DNA of 64,000 nucleotides from Alphaproteobacteria bacterium (GTDB lineage Bacteria; Pseudomonadota; Alphaproteobacteria; Bin95): NCBI GenBank assembly GCA_964291285.2, contig OZ219786.1, positions 480,001 to 544,000 of the forward strand, read 5' to 3'. Shown piece by piece: positions 7,901 to 15,966 of this stretch (position 1 is its first letter; each line of letters starts with the position of its first letter). The notes under the pieces were generated by a model. It saw only the letters and a program-made list of their open reading frames with translations, ran no database searches and was not told where the DNA came from. The position numbers and the translations under genes were made by a program.

Positions 7901-9727
7901 GCCGACACCGCCCGGACCTTCGCCCATGCCGCCCACCGGGACATGCGCCGCGGCGGCGCCGATCGCGAACAGCGAAGCGCCCGCCACCTGGAAGGCGCCA
8001 GCACCGCTTCCGCCATTCAGGAACGCCAGGACGAGCTTCGGGCCGCCCACCGCCAGCTCATCGACGACGTCTATCGACATATCGTCTCCCTCTGCCCCGA
8101 CGACCACGTCTCTGCCGCGGATCCCAACCACACCGCCTCGTCCGACCGCGACCAGCTCCTCTCCCGCTTCGCGGGCGTCTTCAGAAGCCTCGAGCAGCAG
8201 GTCGACGCCGCCCTCATGCACGCCTCCCGGTCCGGAAAGGACGCCCGGAACATCGCGCAGCTGCGCGAGGCCGCATCCTGTCTCCGCGACCTTGCCGGCT
8301 ACGCCGAGCAGGCGCTCAACAAGCACACGAGCCGTCCACCCCACACCTGGACACCGAGGCGCACCACCCGGACAGCCGGCGAATGGCTCATGGAACGCCA
8401 GCGCCGCGCCCTTCACCGTCAGAAGGCCGAGACCCTCGCGCCGGACGGCCATCACGTCGCCATCGTCGGCGGCCGCCGCCTCAGCCGCCAGCACGCCGGA
8501 CGCATGGCCGAGCTTCTCAACCGCGAGCGCGCCGCCAATCCGGACAAGCCGCTCGTACTTCACTGCATTGCCCGGGAAGGCGCCGGCCACTTCGCTGCCG
8601 AATGGGCCGCATCCCACGGGGCCGCCTGCGTCACCCACCGCCCCGGGAGCTATGCCCCCCGGCACCTCAAGCGCCGCGACCATCTCCTGCTCGGCATTCC
8701 GCCGGACACCCTCTGGAATTTCGGCAGCGACGGCGATCACGAGCGCGCCGCCAGGATGCTCCTCGAGCGCGCGGCCGAGCAATGCCCCACCCTCCAGATA
8801 CGCGACATGGCTTCCGAACTGGAAGGACCGCTCTCCGGAGAGATTTCGATCTCCCCCCGCGAAGACATCCGCCGCGAATATCAGCGCATCCATCACATCT
8901 GGAAAAGGGCCCACGCCCTCGCCGTCGACGCCCCGATCATCTACCAGGAGGGAGTCATAGCGCTCCTCCCCGACATCAACACGACGCTCACCAGCCCCCA
9001 TCTCGCTGGCGGCGAGCGTCGATTCCTCACCTCGCTGAAGGAACTCATAGAAAGCGAAGACCGCCTGCGCGGCGACATCGCCAGCGCGATCGGCCGCGCC
9101 AGAGACCACCTGGCCTCATACGAGGCCATGCTGGAGCGCCGCGGCCCGCACCAGCCTGGCACGATCCTGAACGACGTCGATCCGCAATACCGCAGATGGG
9201 ACGTCCGGGCGGAAACGATCCTCAAGACCTTCGACAACTGGTTCGCGATCGACAATCCCGTCCACCGCGAACACATCGACCGACGACGCCTCGACCTCGT
9301 CGACCTCGCCGAGGAACTCCGGGCCATCCGCCAGGCAGCCCGCGACCCGCACGCCGATCTTCACCGGGTCGAAATACCACTCGATTCCGTCGGCGCCTCC
9401 GAGGACCAGCGCTTCGACCGCCGCCATTTCACCGAGCTCACCCTGAAGGCGCTGAAGCCCGAAGAGGAACGCGATCCGCAAGTTGTGGCCGAATTCGCGC
9501 GCTGGGCCCGCGCCTGGCCGGAGAAGGCCCTTTCCACCTTCCGCCACATCGTCGCCGAGGCCGCGCAGGCCAAGCAGCCCCTCGACGCCCAGCGCCTCGC
9601 CGCGAGCCTGCCGCCCCGCCTGGCCGCCGGCATGTCCCACATCAGCAAAGAGGTCTGGGGAAACCAGGCCAGGGCGATGATGCAGCGCCACGCCGTCCGC
9701 AACCACGGCATGGGCCTCGGCGCATGA
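4973..9727 (+). CDS. 1584-aa multidomain protein: two DUF2493/YspA-like SLOG domains, one DprA/Smf-like SLOG domain, and a C-terminal domain shared with ORF 3..3338
   Basis: GPHIVIVGSAD...MVLHYGA...GIDAIVHRWA...PDLVVDFGGSG (~6120-6500); WAGIGARKTP...LSSGGARGADTAF...LHARN..ILLG.DL..PVD.VVCWT.GG...GGTG..IRIA...IPVINL (~6590-7050); HHVAIVGGRR...LVLH...EGAG..A.EWA (~8450-8800). Helical segments resembling the DUF2493 N-terminal region are repeated. Confidence 0.8.
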   Translation: MSDIEGPASPATGTAGIMDHMTADARPSSREPDTRAPGDIESGRMGVDLLFEAIGAGLCPDDSILAPDRDRLLWNAVEQLRSHVGRLDSRLEHRLREPTPEQREERARDNESNAGDTDFLLADQAEATQAQLRILRDTLDHAMQRYGEAVGQPWIARHGTADPGPSAYGLGVQIDASTFFAARELWQPSPDTLTRVREAMEDADLKRAAVLAAAQNRDAPTRLQDLPFPYNVGEREPTAAAVTGMFQALSLIYPGGTQLQDERDAGCWRLVRMLDAGAARATEDALRRMTDHPALTPTPDPGAAASFDDGTRSSMLRVQMLSRAADAAGAVYQEITGDEWDRRDPAMTAAGGPRIRTSLTSRHYAAAQRVAALGHPTPHQLDGPHIVIVGSADLDMERNRRAVETQLERLHDRVPEMVLHYGARLRDRGGVDRQQGIDAIVHRWASGRGVPLIPNPPLWDAANNRFDLHGRDDAWIHMNPDLVVDFGGSGNAHRRFLSLVNRNRIELRTARTRSQARNREDISRTASETPQPSTSSHALRWAGIGARKTPAPVLADMTELARRMSDAGFHLSSGGARGADTAFAAGVPADRRSIWLPWAGYNDLRGPDCQTLPPERLQDCMDVAGRLHPNWDNCSPAVRALHARNVAILLGPDLDNPVDAVVCWTEGGRRRGGTGLGIRIAQDRNIPVINLATVSARQAWDTLQRLRQTPDQSHEAATAARDRADPEQRRALRRDRAVTRLHKMLRDHDIGNLPRFALAQLREENARAEAHERLDTMSRDELLDALDNIEDQTRQLRDRATPDGPTTPETIERDKRLAALEAAGDRIHAVLADKNLSALREQESPDTRLSSDERQEKATTQRRVLSIMVSAWRLAEEGPLAAQSNRIVKAAAQVFASRQTYLNGRLADETRIRSGLGLAHTPGSEEETLALASRGTGQNPGKDAEPFEHMLTDAEIRQKDEEYHALAMRSHRLDLMADTARTFAHAAHRDMRRGGADREQRSARHLEGASTASAIQERQDELRAAHRQLIDDVYRHIVSLCPDDHVSAADPNHTASSDRDQLLSRFAGVFRSLEQQVDAALMHASRSGKDARNIAQLREAASCLRDLAGYAEQALNKHTSRPPHTWTPRRTTRTAGEWLMERQRRALHRQKAETLAPDGHHVAIVGGRRLSRQHAGRMAELLNRERAANPDKPLVLHCIAREGAGHFAAEWAASHGAACVTHRPGSYAPRHLKRRDHLLLGIPPDTLWNFGSDGDHERAARMLLERAAEQCPTLQIRDMASELEGPLSGEISISPREDIRREYQRIHHIWKRAHALAVDAPIIYQEGVIALLPDINTTLTSPHLAGGERRFLTSLKELIESEDRLRGDIASAIGRARDHLASYEAMLERRGPHQPGTILNDVDPQYRRWDVRAETILKTFDNWFAIDNPVHREHIDRRRLDLVDLAEELRAIRQAARDPHADLHRVEIPLDSVGASEDQRFDRRHFTELTLKALKPEEERDPQVVAEFARWARAWPEKALSTFRHIVAEAAQAKQPLDAQRLAASLPPRLAAGMSHISKEVWGNQARAMMQRHAVRNHGMGLGA

Positions 9728-10065
9728 GCTACGAAGCCATCCCCGCCCCGTCCCCGGGCTACCGGCTCCAGGCCGACCGGTTCGCCGAGCGATACGGCGC
9801 CCACGACTCCTTCTGGCAGGACGTCGAGGCGCGCTGGCAGGCCGACGATGAGGAAAACCGCCTTCAGCTCTCCCCGATCTCGCGCACCGTCACATACGCC
9901 GACATGGACGGCCACGACCAGCTCACCGTCTCGTGGAAGGACGGTTCGGCCATCCTCGTCTCCTGTCTCGGCACCGAGGATGAAATGTGGGACTTCGCGG
10001 ACGGCAACCCGCGCGTCCGCGGTTTCCGGTTCGAACCCGGCCCAACCGGGGTCGATTGCGGATGA
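9724..10065 (+). CDS. Small acidic hypothetical protein (113 aa)
   Basis: ATGA overlap with the stop of the 1584-aa gene; MSYEAIPAPSPGYRLQADRFAERY..., Asp/Glu-rich. Confidence 0.7.
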   Translation: MSYEAIPAPSPGYRLQADRFAERYGAHDSFWQDVEARWQADDEENRLQLSPISRTVTYADMDGHDQLTVSWKDGSAILVSCLGTEDEMWDFADGNPRVRGFRFEPGPTGVDCG

Positions 10066-10153
10066 GTGCCAAATGACACTCCAGGCGCCGATGGGGACAC
10101 ATACTCCTGACCGGCGAATACCGATGGCCCGATGACAGGCCCGGAAATCCCTG

Positions 10154-10189
10154 GCGCAGGATTTTGCCCCCTGCTACCAATGACCCCCT
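10154..10189 (+). repeat. 36-bp direct repeat, copy 2 (partner at 4768-4803)
   Basis: 34/36 identical to copy 1, same orientation. Confidence 0.9.
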
Positions 10190-10260
10190 GTCGGTCCTGA
10201 TCCACATTTCAGGCGTTCCTCCGGGCGCGGACGGCGTCAGCCGCCCGGTCCCTTCCGGTT

Positions 10261-10446
10261 TCAGCAGTCGTTGCCAGGCATGAGCCGCAGCGAGGTTTTC
10301 AGCGTCTCGCACAGATCATGCGCGAAGCGTTCCATGTCGATCAGCAGGCCCTTGTCGCCGGAGTGCCTGGCGATGTCGTTCAGCGTCTCGAAGGCGCAGG
10401 CGGCGCGCCGGGAGTCTGTCGCTGTCATTGTCGGTTTTCCGGTCAT
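10261..10446 (-). CDS. Small hypothetical protein
   Basis: SD-like GAAGGAGAG upstream of ATG 10446; protein-like composition (AACAFETLNDIARHSGDKGLLIDMERFAHDL). Confidence 0.5.
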   Translation of the reverse strand: MTGKPTMTATDSRRAACAFETLNDIARHSGDKGLLIDMERFAHDLCETLKTSLRLMPGNDC

Positions 10447-10519
10447 CGTCTCTCCTTCCGGGCCGGTTCGCGCCACGGGGGCTTTCCTTCCGCTCCGGGT
10501 TCCTGGCCGTCCGGGCGTG

Positions 10520-11545
10520 TCACGGCGCCGGTGCTGGCGGGGCCGATGCGGGCAGCGCGGCCTGCCATGAGGCCGGCAGGGCGCGCAGCACGGCGCTGCG
10601 GGCGCGGCGCCAGAAGGCGGAGAGCAGCAGCAGCGCGGCGCCCGCGACCAGGATGGCGAGCGCGAGGCGGGACCCGACGGACTCCACCCCCCGGGTGAGG
10701 TCGTAGATTGCGGTCAGCAGGTAGGCGAGGGCCGCGAACAGCAGCGGGCGCCGGTCCACCGCCAGCGCGATGACGGCCAGCAGCGCGTAGAGCAGGGCGA
10801 CCGCGGCGGTCGGCCCGGGCGCGCCGCCGCCCTCGCCGACGAGCGAGAACGCCGGGTGGACGATGAGCGGCGCGGCCAGCAGGTGGAGCCAGAACGCGGT
10901 ATCGGCCCTGCGGGTGGCGCGCTCGCGGTCGGAGAGGTCCCGGCGCATGGCGAGGGCGAACACCCCGGCGCCGGCGAGGAACATGGCCGCGAGCACCGCC
11001 GCCTCCGCATGGGCCTCCGGGACGGCCGCGGCGGTCAGGGCCAGTGCAACCGCGACCAGCGCGCCCGCGCCGGCCGCCACCGCCGCCGGCACCCGGAAGC
11101 GCCGCCAGTGCAGGCCGGCCGCCAGCGCCGCGCAGGCGCCCGCCAGGGCGGCGGCCGGGTCCGCGGCATCGAGCCCGGCCGCGCCGGCGGCCTCGAACGC
11201 GGCCTGGAAGACGCCGCCGGCGAACCCCGCCAGCAGCAGCAGGGAGGGGAACGCCATGCGCCGGCGGCGGGTGAAATACTCCGCCAGCGCCCATGAGGCG
11301 AGCGCCACCGCCGCGCCGCCGAGGGCGGCATGCAGGCTGCCGGCGAGCCAGGCCAGGCCGGCCAGCGCCAGCGCCGCGGCGGTCCCCGTGAAGATGTCGT
11401 TGAAGCCGGTCACGAGGCGGACGTGCTCCTCGCCGCCGACCGGCCCCGCGCGCGCCCGGGCCACATGCGCACGGAACGCAAGTGCGGCCTCCGGCGCGAG
11501 CGCGCCGTCCCGGACCGCCGCGTCGATCTCGGCATCGCTGTACAT
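10520..11545 (-). CDS. Conserved multi-pass membrane protein (DUF2157-like N-terminus)
   Basis: MYSDAEIDAAVRDGAL...EEHVRLVTGFNDIF motif followed by ~10 TM helices; GGGAGG SD upstream. Confidence 0.8.
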   Translation of the reverse strand: MYSDAEIDAAVRDGALAPEAALAFRAHVARARAGPVGGEEHVRLVTGFNDIFTGTAAALALAGLAWLAGSLHAALGGAAVALASWALAEYFTRRRRMAFPSLLLLAGFAGGVFQAAFEAAGAAGLDAADPAAALAGACAALAAGLHWRRFRVPAAVAAGAGALVAVALALTAAAVPEAHAEAAVLAAMFLAGAGVFALAMRRDLSDRERATRRADTAFWLHLLAAPLIVHPAFSLVGEGGGAPGPTAAVALLYALLAVIALAVDRRPLLFAALAYLLTAIYDLTRGVESVGSRLALAILVAGAALLLLSAFWRRARSAVLRALPASWQAALPASAPPAPAP

Positions 11546-11565
11546 GCGCCAACCTCCCGCGGACC

Positions 11566-12996
11566 TTACCTGGCCCGCACCTCCAGCGCGCAGTCCGTGC
11601 GCCCCGCCCCGGTCGCATGCGCGCGCCGGTAACATTCCACGAGGGCGGGCCCGTACTGCTCCCAGACATGGTCCTTCCACCCGCCTGTCGGGTCCGCCCG
11701 GGGCAGCACCTCGATCCTGCTTTGAAGCCCGCCTCCCACCACGACACCGGCAAGCAGCGCCGCCAGGATCAGCGCAACCGACGCCAACCGCCTCCGCCGG
11801 TCGCGCCGCCCATCCATTGCAGCAATCTCGACCGAACCCGAAATCGCCTCCAACTGCGGACTCATCCTCGCGCCCCACGCCTCGATGCGGTCCAGCATGC
11901 CTCGCACCCCCTCTACGCTTTGCGCAAGCCCCGCCACAGTTTCGTCCTTCAGACCGCTTGCTTCCCTTGCCTCCGTTACTCTCTCCAACGCCACCGACCT
12001 CCGGCCCTCCAACTCGTCGTCATCCGACAGCGCCCCCCCACCGTCTTCCTCCGTCCTGTCCGCATCTCCACCACCCGGCGCTTCCTCGGGCTCGCGACCC
12101 GATTCATCCTTCCCGGCTTCAGCCGGTTGCCGCTTCGCTCGTCCGGCCTCGACCACCTTCCGCCCGAGCCCCAACGCCGCGCCGGCCGCGCCCGCCACAG
12201 CATCCCGCACACGCTCCACCCTCTCCGGCCGCTCCTTCCCTGGCCTCTCGCCCCCGCCTGCCGAATGCTCGCCCTCGGCCAGCCGAGAGCCCCGTTCATC
12301 CGGCTCGACCCATCCTCCACCATCCGCAGGCCGGGCCTCCGCCTCCTCCCCATTCGAACCTGCCGGCCCAACCTCTTCAGGCCCTGAAGCGACCGCCTCG
12401 TCATCCATTCCCTCACCGGTTGCCCTGCCGGCTCCCGCCACGACGCCGTCCAGTGTCCTGGCGAGCAATTTCTCATGTTCTTCCGTATCCGCAGTCCCGA
12501 CGGGCTCGCGGGCGCGCTGTTGGCCGCCGATCCAGTTATCCAGCTCCAGGTCTTCCTCCTCCAGGTCCTCGCCTTCGCCATCCGCCCCCACCTGCAGGAT
12601 TTCGCCGGTTTCAGGGTTCATCACTTCCCCTTCAGCCAGCGCGACCGCCGGCGCCGCCTCGCTCCGGACACCCGGCTTCACGCCCGGCTCTCCAACCTCC
12701 GCCGGCGCCGGCGTTTCATCCTGTCCGACCGATCCTCCTCCCAGGAGACGCACGGCCTCGGCCCGCGCATTCTTGAGGCTCATATCCTCACAGCGCCCGA
12801 TCGTCACTCTTCGCTCTCGAGTCTTTCCGTCGCTCGCAACCACCCCGTGCCGGACGATCCACGACTTGGTCCCTGAAGGAAAAACCCTTACCCCGAATCC
12901 GGGCACTTCCTCGTCCCAAACGAACAGGTCCTTCTCCCCAGGCTCCAGCGCCGCCACACTCTCTTTATCCAATGCAAGCCTCGTTGCCACATTCAC
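11566..12996 (-). CDS. Integrase arm-type DNA-binding domain (Arm-DNA-bind_3/DUF4102-like) fused to an acidic linker, coiled coil and C-terminal TM anchor; no catalytic integrase domain
   Basis: LDKESVAALEPGEKDLFVWDEEVPGFGVRVFPSGTKSWIV...RRVTIGRCEDMSLKNARAEA; no R-H-x-x-R-H-Y residues; TM LASVALILAALLAGVVVGGGL. Start may be GTG 12990. Confidence 0.8.
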   Translation of the reverse strand: MNVATRLALDKESVAALEPGEKDLFVWDEEVPGFGVRVFPSGTKSWIVRHGVVASDGKTRERRVTIGRCEDMSLKNARAEAVRLLGGGSVGQDETPAPAEVGEPGVKPGVRSEAAPAVALAEGEVMNPETGEILQVGADGEGEDLEEEDLELDNWIGGQQRAREPVGTADTEEHEKLLARTLDGVVAGAGRATGEGMDDEAVASGPEEVGPAGSNGEEAEARPADGGGWVEPDERGSRLAEGEHSAGGGERPGKERPERVERVRDAVAGAAGAALGLGRKVVEAGRAKRQPAEAGKDESGREPEEAPGGGDADRTEEDGGGALSDDDELEGRRSVALERVTEAREASGLKDETVAGLAQSVEGVRGMLDRIEAWGARMSPQLEAISGSVEIAAMDGRRDRRRRLASVALILAALLAGVVVGGGLQSRIEVLPRADPTGGWKDHVWEQYGPALVECYRRAHATGAGRTDCALEVRAR

Positions 12997-13099
12997 CTCC
13001 CCTTACAACGCCGCACGCTCCACGAAGCCGCGCTCGATTCCTTGGGCTTTCCCCGCCGAGCGGCCGGAGCCCCTTGGATGTCGCAGCGCTCCCCACGCA

Positions 13100-13537
13100 G
13101 CGGCCGGAGCACGGCCGAGCCGTCGCGGATGTCGCGGAGCGGCCGACGCGCGGCCGAACCGTCACGGATGTCTCGGATGTCCCAGAGCGGCCGACGCACG
13201 GCCGCACTGTCACGGATGTCTCGGATGTCCCAGAGCGGCCGGCGCACGGCCGAACCGTCACGGATGTCCGGGGGGTCGCTGAACGGCCGACGCACGGCCG
13301 CACTGTCACGGATGTCTCGGATGTCCCAGAGCGGCCGGCGCACGGCCGAACCGTCACGGATGTCCGGGGGGTCGCTGAACGGCCGACGCACGGCCGAACC
13401 GTCACGGATGTCTCGGATGTCCCAGAGCGGCCGGCGCACGGCCGAACCGTCACGGATGTCTCGGATGTCCCAGAGCGGCCGGCGCACGGCCGAACCGTCA
13501 CGGACGTCGCGGAGCGGCCGAAGCGTCGCGGATGTCG
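13100..13537. repeat. Tandem array of ~8 copies of a 48-bp unit with degenerate ends
   Basis: Unit GAGCGGCCGACGCACGGCCGAACCGTCACGGATGTCTCGGATGTCCCA with starts near 13137, 13185, 13233, 13281, 13329, 13377, 13425, 13473. Each unit has paired CGGCCG palindromes; most have two CGGATGTC boxes. Confidence 0.95.
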
Positions 13538-13645
13538 TAGGCCTTCCCCACCGAGCGTCCGGAGTGGCCGGGCCTCCGCAGGACCGCGGCGCATTCCGTG
13601 GGGTGCTCCTGCCGAAGAACACCGCTCTCCACACGACGCCTCCCT

Positions 13646-15682
13646 TCAAGCCTCCACAGCCGGCGCCGGGATCCCATACTGCCTTCGGATCTTCTCGACT
13701 GCCCGCCCAAGGTCCCGCCCGAAGCGCTCCTCTTCCGAAATCTCCTCGCCCCGCCTCAGCAGCCCGGCCGCCTTGAGCTTCCGCTCCACATACGGGTTCG
13801 GGTCGGCGAAGTCCCTGGTCTGGCGGTGCTTCCAGTATTGCGTATTCCGCAGCCGCATCGCATCGCGCGGAAAGTCCTTCGAGGCCGCGACGACATACTG
13901 CTCGTCCGGCTTCATCATCATCAGGTCCTCCGGCCTGACGATCCTCTCCTTCACCAGGTTCCTGCTGTCCCCGACCGTCACCTTGTTGGCCGAGAACAGG
14001 ACGGACCGGCTGATCGGCGTCCCGGACGAGGTCTGGGTGTAGCCCTCGAAGGTGCCGTGTCCGATGGCCTTCGACATCTCCTCCGCGCCGGCCGCATCCG
14101 CGCGCGACCAGCCGAGGACCTGCACGAGCTCCGAAAGGTCGACCATCTCCTGCCGGCGCTGCTTGCCCCAGCTGCCGTCGATCGCCGAAAGCGACTGCGC
14201 GAATGTCCAGAAATGAACGCCTCTCCCGGCGCCCATCCTCCAGGCGTCCATGACGGGCTCCAGATATCCGACCGCCGGCATCTCGTCCATGACGATCAGC
14301 ATGTCCTTCTTCAGGGACCGTCGCGCGGCCACCGCAAACGGAATCGTGATCCACAGCCTCAGCCACGGCCGCGCCGCCCTCAGAACCTCTTCCGGCACCA
14401 CCACGAACAGGTCCATGTTCCCGTCCGCCAGCTCGTGCGGATCGAAACTGCTCGTCGCGGTCTGCGCCCGGATCTCCGGATGCGCCAGGAACTGCAGCTG
14501 GTTGGCGATCGTCGTGTAGTTGGACCCCGACTCCTGCGCACTGACGGCCATTTCGGACTCCACCGCCCGATGCGCGACCCCGCCTGCGAACATCTCCGTC
14601 GCCAGAATCTGCCCCATCAACTCCGCGCGCCGGTCCGGGCCCGCCGACAGGTTCTCGAAGACATGCGCCATGTTCCTGTCCGCCCTGTGCGCCCGATACG
14701 CCGCCCATGCGATATGTCCGGAGACCAGCCGCCTCGCACTTTCATGGAAATGACGGCTGTTGCCGGCATCCGTCGCCGGCGGCGTCAGCAACGCCTGGAC
14801 GAGCGTGTCGATGTCCTGGACCGCCTTCTCCTCGCCTCTCAGGAAATCGAGCGGGTTGTATGTGTGGCTCTTCACCGCCGACGGCAGATAGCAGTGCGGA
14901 TGCTGTTCGCGATGCCGGCCGATCACGTCATAGGGGTCGAGCAGCACGACCTTGCGGCCGAGCTGGCGGCGGCGCCGCGCGACGATGCAATAGAGCTCCC
15001 CCCGGGGGTCGATACATACCGTCGAGCCCTGCCAGCCCCGCTCTCCGGGCGCGAGCATGTTGGAAGCTATGAGCGCGCCCTTGCCGGTCCGCGGCGGCGC
15101 GATCGTCATCGCATGGCCTTCCAGGGGCCAGACGGCGAGCGGAGCTCCGTTACCCGGCCCTGTCTGTCCGAGGAGGATGCCGTCCTTCCGCTGCCCGAGC
15201 CTGCGGAGGTGACGCCGTCCCATGAGCTTCGAGGCGCCGTGGAGTTCCGATTTCGAGCGCCGGCGTTTCGAGAGGCGGCCGGCGCCGGTCAGCCCGGTCA
15301 GCATGGCCGTGAGCCACAACAGGGCGAATACCGGCGCCGCGGGAATCGGCGCCACGAGGCGGAACTTGTCCACCGCCGTCCCTTCGTCGACCAGTGCCGT
15401 GAACCCGGCCAGGTCGCGGGCGAGCACGAACGCCATGTGGTCGAGCAGGAGGGTCATGCCCGCCACCGCCGCGGTCGGTCCCCAGACGCCGATCTTCCAG
15501 CCGAGCCCGCCGCGCTTCAGGTCGGTGAACATGAGCACCGCGAAGGAGGCGGCGACCATGCCGGCGAGGACCCAGCCCCGGATCTCCGGATCGGGCCGTT
15601 CGGTCCAGAGCCAGTATACGGCCGCCCACCCCGGTATGCCCGTCGCCAGCGCCAGCCCCAGATGGATTGCGAATCCGTGCAT
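13646..15682 (-). CDS. virD4: Type IV coupling protein, VirD4/TraG family
   Basis: N-terminal TMs; ELHGAS; Walker A TIAPPRTGKG; IDPRGEL; YNPLDFL; Walker B IVMDEMPAVG; FAQSLS. Confidence 0.9.
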   Translation of the reverse strand: MHGFAIHLGLALATGIPGWAAVYWLWTERPDPEIRGWVLAGMVAASFAVLMFTDLKRGGLGWKIGVWGPTAAVAGMTLLLDHMAFVLARDLAGFTALVDEGTAVDKFRLVAPIPAAPVFALLWLTAMLTGLTGAGRLSKRRRSKSELHGASKLMGRRHLRRLGQRKDGILLGQTGPGNGAPLAVWPLEGHAMTIAPPRTGKGALIASNMLAPGERGWQGSTVCIDPRGELYCIVARRRRQLGRKVVLLDPYDVIGRHREQHPHCYLPSAVKSHTYNPLDFLRGEEKAVQDIDTLVQALLTPPATDAGNSRHFHESARRLVSGHIAWAAYRAHRADRNMAHVFENLSAGPDRRAELMGQILATEMFAGGVAHRAVESEMAVSAQESGSNYTTIANQLQFLAHPEIRAQTATSSFDPHELADGNMDLFVVVPEEVLRAARPWLRLWITIPFAVAARRSLKKDMLIVMDEMPAVGYLEPVMDAWRMGAGRGVHFWTFAQSLSAIDGSWGKQRRQEMVDLSELVQVLGWSRADAAGAEEMSKAIGHGTFEGYTQTSSGTPISRSVLFSANKVTVGDSRNLVKERIVRPEDLMMMKPDEQYVVAASKDFPRDAMRLRNTQYWKHRQTRDFADPNPYVERKLKAAGLLRRGEEISEEERFGRDLGRAVEKIRRQYGIPAPAVEA

Positions 15683-15705
15683 TGCCTCGTCCTTTCGTCA
15701 GGGGC

Positions 15706-15966
15706 TCACGCGTCTTGCGGGCCGTCTCCGGGCTCCCGGCGTCTCGTGCCGCGCTGCATTTGCCGGAACGCGCGCCTCGCCAGGGCGGCGCCGGTCCCGA
15801 TGCTCCCGATGCCGGAGGGCCATGCCGCCATGCCGCAGGCCAGCGCCATCCGGATGCGCTCGCAGGGATCGTCCGGCACCGGCCCCATGCAGTCGACCGG
15901 GCGGAACTCGACGAGGCCGGTGTCGCTCCGCCCCGGCGGAGGCAGCCGGTCGGATCGTTCGCTCAT
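15706..15966 (-). CDS. Small hypothetical protein
   Basis: ATG 15966 with GGGAGAGG SD; fills the gap between dotA and the coupling protein. Confidence 0.4.
   Translation of the reverse strand: MSERSDRLPPPGRSDTGLVEFRPVDCMGPVPDDPCERIRMALACGMAAWPSGIGSIGTGAALARRAFRQMQRGTRRREPGDGPQDA

Noticed and set aside
11566-12996. Functional tyrosine integrase of the element
   Set aside because: Only the arm-binding domain is present; no catalytic domain or residues.
13100-13537. CRISPR array
   Set aside because: Whole 48-bp units repeat with only minor variants; there are no unique spacers.
12965-14042. ORFs spanning the 48-bp array (12972..14042, 13042..13776, 12965..13594)
   Set aside because: Open only because the stop-free 48-bp unit is a multiple of 3; they overlap real genes and show no protein-family signal.
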